From contig JACSSA010000095.1 of NCBI GenBank assembly GCA_014879465.1, positions 1 through 49,580 on the forward strand: DNA of 49,580 nucleotides, given 5' to 3'. Source of the stretch: Rhodothermales bacterium. GTDB taxonomy: Bacteria > Bacteroidota > Rhodothermia > Rhodothermales > BA12. Below the pieces are notes generated by a model. The model had not been told where the DNA came from. It did no database searches and worked only from the letters and a program-made list of their open reading frames with translations. Of this stretch, positions 18,204-27,156 are shown piece after piece. Both the position numbers and the translations under genes were made by a program. Numbering within the stretch: position 1 is the first letter of the stretch; each line of letters starts with the position of its first letter.

Positions 18204-19091
18204 TTACGCGGCGGGAGCGGCATCTGTCGCAGTGAGTTGGCGAAGCGCCCAGATCGTCACGACCATCCCGGGCACGACCAGCCAAGCGCCGCCGGGCAGC
18301 GTGCCGGGGTCGAAGCCGCGCCACGCCAACACAATCAGCGCCGCATTGTAGGCGAAGTGCGCCGCGACGGCCGGGCGCAGGCGCTGCGTCGTCCAGACGG
18401 CGTAGGCGAGATACATGCCCACCACGGTGAGTGGCAGCAGGTGCGTGAAGCGCAGGTGATAGAGGCCAAAGGCAAAGCCCGATAGCACAACGGCGCTCGC
18501 GGCCGTGCCGCCCGCTTCGAGGCGGCGCTGCACATAGCCGCGAAAGAACAGCTCTTCGCAGACGGCCGGGACGACGGCCAAGAGCAGCAGGTTTACCGCG
18601 AGCGGGCCGGAGGAGAGGACGGTGGAGAACAGCGCCTCCTGCACCGCGTCGGCTTCGCGCAGGTCGTTGGGCATCGGCAGCGCCGCGTTGAGTCGTCCAA
18701 GCAGCTGGACGAGCGGCAGCAGCCCCATAATGCCCACCATAGCCCAGCCAGCGCCTCGCCACGGTGCGCCGGCGTCGTTTTCAAGGCGGAGGTAGCGAGG
18801 GGGCGTCGTGTCCTCGTGCGCCGCCAGCCACCACGCAAACGCGCCGAGACCGCCGATCTGCCCGATGGCGTTCGCGGCGAACACCGGCCAGGCGTAGGCG
18901 TGCGTGTCGCGGTCGAGCGCAATCGCTTGGAATGCCGCACTGCCCCAGAGGTCGTAGAACACGCCCATCAGCAGGAGCAGCGCAACGGTGTAGACGATTC
19001 GGTAGGCTACTATGCCGCCCACGATTAGGGGCACCACCCCACGTCGGGGGCGACGGGCGGAAGCGTCGAAAGGCAGGACGGGAGGAGGCAC
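18204..19091 (-). CDS. CPBP (CAAX/Abi) family intramembrane glutamic endopeptidase
   Basis: PAVCEELFFRG, FGLYH, AHFAYN motifs; start uncertain (GTG 19091). Confidence 0.88.
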   Translation of the reverse strand: MPPPVLPFDASARRPRRGVVPLIVGGIVAYRIVYTVALLLLMGVFYDLWGSAAFQAIALDRDTHAYAWPVFAANAIGQIGGLGAFAWWLAAHEDTTPPRYLRLENDAGAPWRGAGWAMVGIMGLLPLVQLLGRLNAALPMPNDLREADAVQEALFSTVLSSGPLAVNLLLLAVVPAVCEELFFRGYVQRRLEAGGTAASAVVLSGFAFGLYHLRFTHLLPLTVVGMYLAYAVWTTQRLRPAVAAHFAYNAALIVLAWRGFDPGTLPGGAWLVVPGMVVTIWALRQLTATDAAPAA

Positions 19092-19223
19092 GAACGGGGA
19101 GCAGAACGCCGCAAAATACGGCGCTCCGGTTGCGCTCCGTCGTTCAAGTGGGGCACCTGCATCGCTCCTTCGCCGGGGTTTCGCGCAGCTGGCGGTTCGC
19201 ACTGCTGTATATTGGTCGTCTGC

Positions 19224-19297
19224 GTGCCCGTAGCTCAGCTGGATAGAGCGTCGGATTCCGGTTCCGAAGGCCAGGGGTTCAAATCCCTTCGGGCACA
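19224..19297 (+). tRNA. tRNA-Arg(CCG)
   Basis: Acceptor stem GTGCCCG/CGGGCAC, D arm TAGCTCAGCTGGATAGAGC, anticodon arm TCGGA-TTCCGGT-TCCGA, T loop GGTTCAAATCC; CCA not encoded. Confidence 0.96.
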
Positions 19298-19302
19298 CTC
19301 CC

Positions 19303-19331
19303 TGAAAACCGCCTCCCAAGGGCGGTTTTCA
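19303..19331 (+). terminator. Intrinsic terminator after the tRNA
   Basis: TGAAAACCGCC-TCCCAAG-GGCGGTTTTCA. Confidence 0.8.
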
Positions 19332-19535
19332 CATTTAAGGCCGCCGCGGAGCTAAAGAACAGAACGTGCGCGCTGCTGAATGGGTGTGCGAGTTGTATAC
19401 TGCAATTCGTGATGGTCGCTGCGCCTCTTTGTCTCTACAGACGCGGTCAATGCGTTCGGCTTGTTGGCTTTGAGTCGAATGCGCGTGCCGACGATCGCAG
19501 CGCTGTCCTTTCTCGCTTTGCATTCGCTTGAATCA

Positions 19536-20210
19536 ATGCCCGCATCGCTCCCATCGCCTCAGTCCGATGTACAGGCGTATCGTCGCATGATGTGGAAGAT
19601 CTTCGGGATGGGCGTAGGAGGGCTGCTGTGCTTGGGATTAGCCTTATGGATGCTGACAAGGGATAAGCCGAACGTTGGCTCTACCCCAGAGACGGAAGTT
19701 CCTGCGGCCTCAGGCCTGACTCCTGTTGCTCCTGTGCCAGAGATGCCCCCAACGGTCTACACGGGTGAAGTATTTGAACTGGCCGGCGTGACAATCGGGC
19801 AGGCTTTCAAGGAGGCGCAAGCTGCCCTCCAGCCGGGGGCGACGGCGGTTGAGAACAACGGAATGCCCCCCACGATGTATGGCGAGATCTATATTCGCCC
19901 CGAAGGCCGTGTCCACATTTATTCGAACCTTTCAGAAGGCGGTGGTGGCCCTGAAAGCCGTTATGTCAGCACCATCGTCGTAGAGCGTACAGCGCCTTCG
20001 CTTGGGGTCAATAGCGTTCAATCGCTTAATGCCCAATACCGCACCTCGCTGGCGCGTCAGTTGGGGCGTGGCGATACGGAAACCCGCACGCTCGGCCCCA
20101 TCCGTATCCGGGAGACGACGTGGCAGAAAAGCAATGTCACGATCACCCTTACCTACGAAGAGGAAGACGGGAAGCCATTCTCGGCCAAAGTTAAGGCTGA
20201 GGCGTCCTGA
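19536..20210 (+). CDS. Hypothetical membrane-anchored protein (lower GC)
   Basis: One N-terminal TM, Pro-rich linker, unrecognised domain; atypical codon usage. Confidence 0.65.
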   Translation: MPASLPSPQSDVQAYRRMMWKIFGMGVGGLLCLGLALWMLTRDKPNVGSTPETEVPAASGLTPVAPVPEMPPTVYTGEVFELAGVTIGQAFKEAQAALQPGATAVENNGMPPTMYGEIYIRPEGRVHIYSNLSEGGGGPESRYVSTIVVERTAPSLGVNSVQSLNAQYRTSLARQLGRGDTETRTLGPIRIRETTWQKSNVTITLTYEEEDGKPFSAKVKAEAS

Positions 20211-20247
20211 CCGTCGCTTTATCAAGGTCATTCGCATCGTTTGAACA

Positions 20248-21228
20248 ATGGGTTGGAGAGGCACGTTACGCGCCATCAACGCGGCCAACCGCCGCAGCGC
20301 CCGTGCGGCGGATCAACGCCGCCGTCAGATTGAGATGCACCGACGTGCGCAAGAGAAATATCACGCACGTCTAAGCGCAGACATGGAGGCCGAAGACCAC
20401 ACCCTTCTGGTCGAGCAGTTGCGCACGATGCACTGCGACTGCGGCCCGACTTGGGATTGGCAGGCGCTGGCCCGCGAAGCGCAGCCTCTTCCGCTGCCGG
20501 TTCAGCAGGAAGAGGCTGCCATGCTTCATCGTGCGATGAACTACGAGCCGTCGAGGTTGGACAAGCTGATACGGCGGTCTGAAAAGATCCGGGCACAACT
20601 TTTCGACGAGGCCAAGGCTGCTCGTGAGCGGGATGAGCAGCGGGCGGCGGCAAGCGCCTCCCATCACGCAGGGCGCGTACAGGAATGGCAGGAGCGCAAA
20701 GCCCTCGCCGAGGCCATTCTGGGCGGCGATCCCGAGGCCATGGTCGAAGTCGTTGAAGAGAACAACCCGTTTGACGAAATCGCCTTCCTTGGCAGCACCA
20801 TCGAGTTGCGCAAGAAAGAGGGCAAGTCGTTCGAGCTTGACCTGTACACGCGAGGCAGTAACGTCATTCCTACCGAGATCAAGACGGTCACGCAAGCTGG
20901 GAAACTGTCGGTGAGAAAGATGCCGGTGGGGCAGTATCAAGAGCTGTATCAAGACTATGTCTGCGGCTGTGCCTTTCGTGTGGCGCGGGAGATGTTTGCG
21001 CTCCTCTCGCTTGATGACGTGTATGTGACGGCCTACGCCGATATGCTCAATCCGGCTACTGGGCATATAGAAGAGACGCCCGTGCTGTCTGCTCAGTTTA
21101 TGCGGGCTACGTTTGAACGGCTGAGCTTTGATCGCCTTGATCCCAGCGATGCCCTCGTCAACGTTCGCCATGTGATGGACTTCAGAAAGACCAAGGGCTT
21201 CGCCCCCATCATCCCACTTGTCCCGTAG
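20248..21228 (+). CDS. Hypothetical coiled-coil protein with a domain resembling those in DUF4236 proteins and long Mrr-fusion proteins
   Basis: ELYQDYVCGCAFRVAREMFALL...NPATGH...LDPSDAL pattern; family link is from memory. Confidence 0.65.
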   Translation: MGWRGTLRAINAANRRSARAADQRRRQIEMHRRAQEKYHARLSADMEAEDHTLLVEQLRTMHCDCGPTWDWQALAREAQPLPLPVQQEEAAMLHRAMNYEPSRLDKLIRRSEKIRAQLFDEAKAARERDEQRAAASASHHAGRVQEWQERKALAEAILGGDPEAMVEVVEENNPFDEIAFLGSTIELRKKEGKSFELDLYTRGSNVIPTEIKTVTQAGKLSVRKMPVGQYQELYQDYVCGCAFRVAREMFALLSLDDVYVTAYADMLNPATGHIEETPVLSAQFMRATFERLSFDRLDPSDALVNVRHVMDFRKTKGFAPIIPLVP

Positions 21229-21237
21229 GTCGTTTCG

Positions 21238-21798
21238 ATGCGTTGCCTCTTCGTTCTTCTCTCGCTTCTTTTTTCTGCTGCTCCCGCATCGGCACAAACC
21301 GTGCGCATTACCGTGCAGTGCGATTTCTACGAACGCCCTTCGGTGTCGTCCACGCGCCTGGGGGGCCTTTTTCCGGGCAATACCGCCACCCGATTGGGGG
21401 CGACGGGGCGATGGCTACACCTTCGGCGCAACGGCCAGACCGGCTACGCGATGGCGTCCTGTGCTTCCGGGTCGGTAGGAAGAGCTTCGCCAAGCGCCTC
21501 TTCCCCAAACACGCCTGAGCCTCGGAGCAGCGGGAACCGGGTGTACCGCGTGGGCCCACGCGGCGGCTGCTACTACGTCAACGCCCAAGGGCGGCGGGTG
21601 AACACCTCCCGCACGAATTGCGGACTTCCAGCCCGGACCGCGGCCCCGTCGCGGACACGTTCCACGTCCCGTTCACGCTCCCGTCGGTCCTACTCGAGCG
21701 GGCGCAGCGGCTACATCACCGGCCCGCGTGGCGGGTGCTACTACATCAACAGCAACGGCAACAAGACGTACGTCGACCATTCGTACTGCGGTCGGTAA
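21238..21798 (+). CDS. Secreted protein with an SH3-like domain and two GPRGGCYY (PBCV basic adaptor-like) repeats
   Basis: Signal peptide; GRWLHL...GQTGY; GPRGGCYYVNAQGRRVN and GPRGGCYYINSNGNKTYV. Confidence 0.75.
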   Translation: MRCLFVLLSLLFSAAPASAQTVRITVQCDFYERPSVSSTRLGGLFPGNTATRLGATGRWLHLRRNGQTGYAMASCASGSVGRASPSASSPNTPEPRSSGNRVYRVGPRGGCYYVNAQGRRVNTSRTNCGLPARTAAPSRTRSTSRSRSRRSYSSGRSGYITGPRGGCYYINSNGNKTYVDHSYCGR

Positions 21799-21802
21799 GC
21801 GG

Positions 21803-23326
21803 CTACCGGACGGTTTCGAGGGCGGCTTTGGCGCGCTGTTCGAGGCTCTGATGGTAATCGAACGCGCTGTCTTCGGCGAGGGCGGCGTTGAAGCGACGTC
21901 GGGCGTCGGCCTTGCGCCCAGCCTTGGCGTCGAGGGTGCCGAGGTAAAACTGCGACCACGGCGCGTAGCCCGCGAGCGCGTCGGGGCCGGGAGCGGCAAG
22001 AACCGCTTCGAAGGCGCGGCGAGCGTCGGCGGCGCGCCCGGCATCGTCGGCAAGGGTGCGGCCCAGCCGGTAGTTGGCCTCGGCACGGTTGGCGGGCGTG
22101 GCGTCGGGGCGAGCGAGGACGGCGCGGAATCCCGCTTCGGCGTCGACGGTGCGGTGGTCTTCGTAGGCGCTTTCGGCCTCCAAGAGCGCCTTCTCGACGT
22201 CGGTCATGGGCGCGGCGATGAACCGGGCCGCGTAGCGCACGGCAGCCTCTTCGTTCTCGGAGATGCGGGTTTTGCGGATCTGACGAAAGACGGCAACGGC
22301 CTCGCTATGGCGTCCTTGCAGTTCAAGGGCCGTTCCAAGTGCGCGTTGGGCTTGCGCCCGCAGCGACGGCCCGCGCAGGCCGCGCAGGTACGCCCGCGCC
22401 TCGCGCTCGGCGTCGGCAGGGCGTCCGGTTTTGAGCAGCGCGTCGGCGAGGTAAAAATGGGCGAAGCGGACGGCCGCGACGTCGGGGCGGTTGCCTTGCT
22501 CGACGGTTTGGGCTAGGATGGGCAGGGCTTGCGAGGCACGCCGGTCGCCAAGCAGGGTATAGCCAAGAAGCAGCCCCGTGAGCGGGCTGGCGGGTTGGGC
22601 CGTGCGCAGCGCCTCGGCGCGGGCACGGCCGCCCTCGCGGTCGTCGCGGACGGTGAGGTCGAGGACGGCAAGGGCGAGGTTGGCCTCGGTGGCGCGGTAG
22701 GTTCCGTGTTCGGCGGCGCGAAGCATCCGCGCACGTCCACCCTCGACCGACCCTCGGAAGCCAAGCAGCCGCAAGATCGTCTGGTAGGTGCGTGGTGCCG
22801 AGCCGATGAGAAACTGGATCAGCCCGAAGCCAAGGTCGGCATCGGCCACGGACGGTGTGCCGCTGGTGGCCTTTTCGTAGCCGTTGTAGGCGTCGCGTCC
22901 AGCGAGGGCGGCGCGGAGCATCTGTTCTTTGCGGACGGCCACGAGCGCGCGAAGAAGATCGGCCTCGGCCCCCATCGTTGAGCGCCAGCGGCTGTCGGGC
23001 AGAGGAGCGAGGGCGCGGTCGAGGCTGTCGGCGCGGCGGGCGAAGACGGCGAACTGGGCGTCGTCGTCTTGCAAGAAAGCGCGGTAAAGGGCAAGATGGG
23101 CGCGCGTAAGTAGTGCCGCGGGTGCCCCGTCGGGGCGGGCCTGGAGGCGGCGCAGCACGGCCTCGGCATCGTTCAGCCGCAGGTCGATCAGCGCGGCACG
23201 ACCCTCGTCAAGCAACGCCCGCGACGAATCGGACGTCAGCAGCATCGCCGTCCCGACGGGCTGCGCAGCCAATGGGGACGCGGCGATGAACAGGGCGACG
23301 AGCAGGGCGACGGGGCGGCGGAGCAT
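21803..23326 (-). CDS. Secreted TPR-like helical repeat protein
   Basis: Signal peptide MLRRPVALLVALFIAASPLAA; TPR-like FAHFYLA, ANYRLG, SQFYLG. Confidence 0.75.
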   Translation of the reverse strand: MLRRPVALLVALFIAASPLAAQPVGTAMLLTSDSSRALLDEGRAALIDLRLNDAEAVLRRLQARPDGAPAALLTRAHLALYRAFLQDDDAQFAVFARRADSLDRALAPLPDSRWRSTMGAEADLLRALVAVRKEQMLRAALAGRDAYNGYEKATSGTPSVADADLGFGLIQFLIGSAPRTYQTILRLLGFRGSVEGGRARMLRAAEHGTYRATEANLALAVLDLTVRDDREGGRARAEALRTAQPASPLTGLLLGYTLLGDRRASQALPILAQTVEQGNRPDVAAVRFAHFYLADALLKTGRPADAEREARAYLRGLRGPSLRAQAQRALGTALELQGRHSEAVAVFRQIRKTRISENEEAAVRYAARFIAAPMTDVEKALLEAESAYEDHRTVDAEAGFRAVLARPDATPANRAEANYRLGRTLADDAGRAADARRAFEAVLAAPGPDALAGYAPWSQFYLGTLDAKAGRKADARRRFNAALAEDSAFDYHQSLEQRAKAALETVR

Positions 23327-23442
23327 CAAGACAGACAAGGAGGACGAGCGGAGAAACGGGAGAGGTAGTGTTGGACGTACATCGTCCAGCCTCGCGATGC
23401 CTACAAGCCCCGCGAAGGCTCACACGACCGTTGCACCGGCGG

Positions 23443-25104
23443 TCAGGGCGGGAGCGTCATCAAAAAATGGGAGAGATCCAAAAAGGACGCCACCAACGCC
23501 CCGACGAGCGTGGCGGCGAAGTTCACCGTGTCGTTGGTCATCCAGCGCCAGCCGCCCGCCGGTTCGTTGGGGAGGCCATCGGTGGTGGGTTTTTCGGTGA
23601 GCGTGCCGTCTGCGCAGCGGAAGCGCCGCTGCACCGTCGCGCCAAGCAGGCTGTCGAACAGCGATCCGGCGAGGCCTGCTGCGAGCGCCACGGCCGTCCA
23701 TGCCGCGAACGTGCGGAGCGGATGCGCTGCCACCGCTCCGAGTTGTCCGAACGTGACCGAGCCTGCAAACGGCACCGCCGCCTCCAAGCGGATCATCGCC
23801 AACCCGATCCACGCGAGCGTCCCGACGACCGCCGCCCCGGCCAGCCCGCCGAGCAGCCCGGCTGCGGAAATGCCACCGGACGTTCCGGCGGGTACCTTCC
23901 GTCCGGTCGTCACGAGCCTCGGCATGCCGCCGAAGCGCGTGCCGATCTCCGTGCCCCAGGTGTCGGCGGCGGCGGCGGCGAACGCGCCCACCCACGCGAC
24001 GAGCACCAGCGGCCCGTGCCCAAGGGCAAGCGCGACAGCGGCCACGAAGCCGTTGGCGGCCACCTGCGCGGCGTCGCGGCGGTGGCCCTTTTCGGCGATG
24101 GCGTCGACGGAGGCGTTGCGGCGGCGGTTCCATCGCGAGAGCAGGCTGGAGAGCACGAAAAAGCCCGCGCCGGAGAGCAGGTAGGCCCAACTTCCGACTT
24201 CCAGCACCAGCCACGCAAACAGCCCGGCGGCCACGGCTCCGCTGCCGGAAAGCCAGCGCAGCCGGTACGCCGCGCCCGCAAACGCCAGTGCGCCGACGAC
24301 CGGCATCCAGGCCCACGCCGCATCGGGGAGTTGGTGTGCCATCGTTGTCAGCGCGAAGTAGCCGCCAAGCACAACGAACAGGTTGTCCCAGCCGCGTCGC
24401 CCCAGCCATTCGCAGGCCGTCGCGACGGCGGCCGCGGCGGCGGCGTGGGCGAGCAGCGGCGGGTAGAGCGGCCCGACGCCGTCTCCATTCGTGGCAAGTC
24501 GCGGTGCAACCGGCCCGCCTTGCGACGCTTGCCAGAGGATCAGCCCGGCAAGACTTGTGGCGAAGGCGACGACGAAGAACGCGGCGGAGCCGGCCCACGA
24601 CTTTGCGCCGCCGTGCCCGTAACGTCGCCCGAAGGCTCCGGCCACCGGATCGGCCAGTGCGAGGATCGTCCACGCTATCGTCCACGCGGTGGCGGTAAAC
24701 CCGGTGGTGCGTGGTTCAAACAGCACAAAGGCGAAGACGAGCGCCAGCGGCATGGCCACCGTGCCGTAGCTGGCGGGGCGGGCGGCGTGGAGCGCGTCGA
24801 GCTTGCGGTGCCGGATGGCCCAGAGGTTGACGGCGGCGAAGACGAGCGCAAGGGTCATTGGGCCGAGCGGCGAGGCGAACAGCCACGGCACCGCGGCCAC
24901 GGCGAGCGCCGTCAGGACGTGGACGAACGTCCGTGTAGCATCGGCCGAGACGCCGTTTTGGCGCAGCAGCATGGCTACGGCCACGAGCAGGCCAAGCCCT
25001 GCACCCATCGCGAGCGTCAGCGCGGCGTCGCCGTAGGGCCACAGGGGCATTAGAGGGCCTGTGTATTCCAGCGCGTACCCGTGCAGCAGGCTTGGGAGCG
25101 TCAT
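23443..25104 (-). CDS. Fusion of a phytol/dolichol-kinase-like domain and DUF92 (TMEM19/VTE6-like)
   Basis: N-half TRTFVH...SYGT...LADPVAGAFGRRYG..KSWAGS...GWDNL; C-half RRDAAQVAANG, ADTWGTEIG, GTSGGIS, DSLLGATVQ, NDTVNF. Confidence 0.85.
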   Translation of the reverse strand: MTLPSLLHGYALEYTGPLMPLWPYGDAALTLAMGAGLGLLVAVAMLLRQNGVSADATRTFVHVLTALAVAAVPWLFASPLGPMTLALVFAAVNLWAIRHRKLDALHAARPASYGTVAMPLALVFAFVLFEPRTTGFTATAWTIAWTILALADPVAGAFGRRYGHGGAKSWAGSAAFFVVAFATSLAGLILWQASQGGPVAPRLATNGDGVGPLYPPLLAHAAAAAAVATACEWLGRRGWDNLFVVLGGYFALTTMAHQLPDAAWAWMPVVGALAFAGAAYRLRWLSGSGAVAAGLFAWLVLEVGSWAYLLSGAGFFVLSSLLSRWNRRRNASVDAIAEKGHRRDAAQVAANGFVAAVALALGHGPLVLVAWVGAFAAAAADTWGTEIGTRFGGMPRLVTTGRKVPAGTSGGISAAGLLGGLAGAAVVGTLAWIGLAMIRLEAAVPFAGSVTFGQLGAVAAHPLRTFAAWTAVALAAGLAGSLFDSLLGATVQRRFRCADGTLTEKPTTDGLPNEPAGGWRWMTNDTVNFAATLVGALVASFLDLSHFLMTLPP

Positions 25105-25790
25105 CGCACCGCAAGGTTCGGCGCGAGCGGCCCGGCCACCAGCGTTTCGAACTCTTCGCGGCTCCGCGCGCCCACCTCCTTGGCCACGATCGTGCCCTCG
25201 CGGTCGATCACGAACGTCGTCGGCAAGTAGTCCAGTCCACCCGCCATCGGCCCCGTGAGCGCCTCCGGCCCGCTCACCCGCCCGACGGTCGTGCGCAGCG
25301 GCAGCTCGCGCAGGAAGGCCCGGACGGTGTCGGCAGGCTCTTGCGTGAGCGTGAGCACGACGAGGCCCAGCGGCGCGAGCTTGTCGTTCAGGTCCGAGAG
25401 CGCGGGGAGTTCGTGGCGGCACGGGCCACACCACGTCGCCCAAAAGTTGACAAGCACGACCTTGCCGCGCAGGTCGGCGAGCGACTCGGTGCTTCCGTCG
25501 AGCAGCGTATAGCGAAGATCGGGGGCCGGGGTGTTGGGCGTGGCCGACGCCACCGGGTCGGTTCCGGCGGGCGCGGGCGGGCGTTCGCCGGCGGCAAGGT
25601 CGGGCACGGCCGGGGGCCGGGTTGCTTGCCACACCAATGCCGTCCCTACGAGCATCAGCGCCGCCGCGAGCACCGTTTCGAGGCGCGGAATCCGCCCAGA
25701 CGTGCGGGCCGTCCGCAACGCAAACGCGAGAAGTGCGGCCCCGGCTACGACGAGCACGGCGGAGAGGGCAAAGACGAAGGCAGGCGACAT
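25101..25790 (-). CDS. TlpA/ResA-family thiol-disulfide oxidoreductase, membrane-anchored
   Basis: LRGKVVLVNFWATWCGPCRHELP, LPTTFVIDREG; two N-terminal TMs. Confidence 0.9.
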   Translation of the reverse strand: MSPAFVFALSAVLVVAGAALLAFALRTARTSGRIPRLETVLAAALMLVGTALVWQATRPPAVPDLAAGERPPAPAGTDPVASATPNTPAPDLRYTLLDGSTESLADLRGKVVLVNFWATWCGPCRHELPALSDLNDKLAPLGLVVLTLTQEPADTVRAFLRELPLRTTVGRVSGPEALTGPMAGGLDYLPTTFVIDREGTIVAKEVGARSREEFETLVAGPLAPNLAVR

Positions 25791-25945
25791 ACGGCGAGAG
25801 GCAAGAATGGAAGTGCGAACGTCGGACGCCATTTGGAACGTGGCCCTTGCCCTTGGTTCCAGCCCGAAGCCCGCACGCCCCCGTCCGCCGAAGCCGACAG
25901 GGGCGCGAAGCACAACCGAAAGCTGGAAACCAGCGCCCGACGGCC

Positions 25946-27112
25946 TTACCGGTTCAGCGCAATCAGCAGCGAGAAGCGCAGTGTCCGGTCAAGCGGCGAG
26001 TCGGTGCCGAGGCCGTAGATGTACGAGAAATCTGCCCCCACAATGTTGTAGCGCAAGCCTGCGCCGAGCGTGAGGAACTTGCGGTTGCCGTTGTACGGAT
26101 TCTCGTAGAAGCCGCCCATGCGCATCGCAAAGAGCTGGTTGTACCAGTATTCGAGGCCACCGCCGATGGTGATCTGCTGCAGCGCCGACACCTGCTCGGG
26201 CGCTTGGGCACCGCTGCCGTCGATGTCTACGGTGAGCGTCTTCCAGCTGGAGAAGAGTGCCTTGAAGGGCGAGTCCACGGTCGTCACGCGCTGGTCGAGC
26301 GAGCCGTTGCCGTCGCTGTCCACCGAGTCGGACGTGACGTGGTAGAGCTGCTTGTTGAAGTCGACAAGGGCGTTGACGCGGTTGAACTCGTCGAGATCAA
26401 ACGTTGCGCCGAGGCCGAAGCGGAGGTTGGTCGGGATCGGGTTGTCGCTGCCCGCTTGGCCGGTGTAGTTGATCGTAGAGCCGAAGTTGGCGAGGTTCGC
26501 GCCCGCCCGGAACGTCGTGTTCATGCCGCCCATGTCGAAAGGTTTGGAGCGGTAGATCGCGCCAAGGTCCACGGCGAAGGCCGTGCCGGGTTTGTAGGTC
26601 TGGCCGCCCACGGTCGTGCCGGAGGCAAGGTCGGAGTTGATGTAGCGCACCGCGCCGCCAAGGGCGAGGTTGTTGGACATCTCTTTGCCGTACGAGAGGC
26701 CGATGGCGAGGTCTCTCGACTGGATGGGGTCGCCGATTTCCGTGCCGTTTTCGTCGGTCGGTTGGAATTCGCCGAGGTCGAAGTAGGTGATGTGCGCGCC
26801 GAGGGTGCCGAGCTTGCCCATGTTGTACTTGACGACGCCGTACTGGAAGGAAAGCCCCGCGTCGAACTGGGGAAGCCACTTCGAGTAGGTCAGGCCGAAC
26901 TCGGTGCCGCGCTGAAAGCCGAGGCCGGCAGGGTTCCAAAAGGCCGCGTTGGCGTTGTCGGCAAGCGCCACGCCCGCGTTGCCCATGCCGGCGGCGCGGC
27001 TGTCGGGTTCGATCTGGAGGAACAGGACGGAGGCCCCGCCCACTTGGGCGAGCGCCGCCGGAGCGGCCAGCAACGAGAGGGCGGCAAGGCCGGTGCGAAG
27101 GGAACGGGTCAT
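25946..27112 (-). CDS. porV: Type IX secretion system outer-membrane protein PorV
   Basis: FLQIEPDSRAAGMG, FWNPAGL, YSKWLP, GLEYWY, GNRKFLTLGAG, PLDRTLRFSL; lies downstream of porU. Confidence 0.92.
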   Translation of the reverse strand: MTRSLRTGLAALSLLAAPAALAQVGGASVLFLQIEPDSRAAGMGNAGVALADNANAAFWNPAGLGFQRGTEFGLTYSKWLPQFDAGLSFQYGVVKYNMGKLGTLGAHITYFDLGEFQPTDENGTEIGDPIQSRDLAIGLSYGKEMSNNLALGGAVRYINSDLASGTTVGGQTYKPGTAFAVDLGAIYRSKPFDMGGMNTTFRAGANLANFGSTINYTGQAGSDNPIPTNLRFGLGATFDLDEFNRVNALVDFNKQLYHVTSDSVDSDGNGSLDQRVTTVDSPFKALFSSWKTLTVDIDGSGAQAPEQVSALQQITIGGGLEYWYNQLFAMRMGGFYENPYNGNRKFLTLGAGLRYNIVGADFSYIYGLGTDSPLDRTLRFSLLIALNR

Positions 27113-27156
27113 GAGAACAGGACGAGGAAGGGTCAAAAGCAAGAGAACGTGTTCGG

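Noticed and set aside
6505-19091. Small peptide as a RiPP matured by the CPBP protease
   Set aside because: The protease is over 11 kb away in the cdsA-mutL cluster; no modifying enzymes are adjacent and the leader looks like a Sec signal.
19092-19319. N-terminal extension of the CPBP protease ORF across the tRNA
   Set aside because: It is the antisense of tRNA-Arg; the real start is nearer 19091.
19224-21800. Intact integrative element or prophage at tRNA-Arg
   Set aside because: No integrase, phage genes or recognisable attR copy of the tRNA 3' end.
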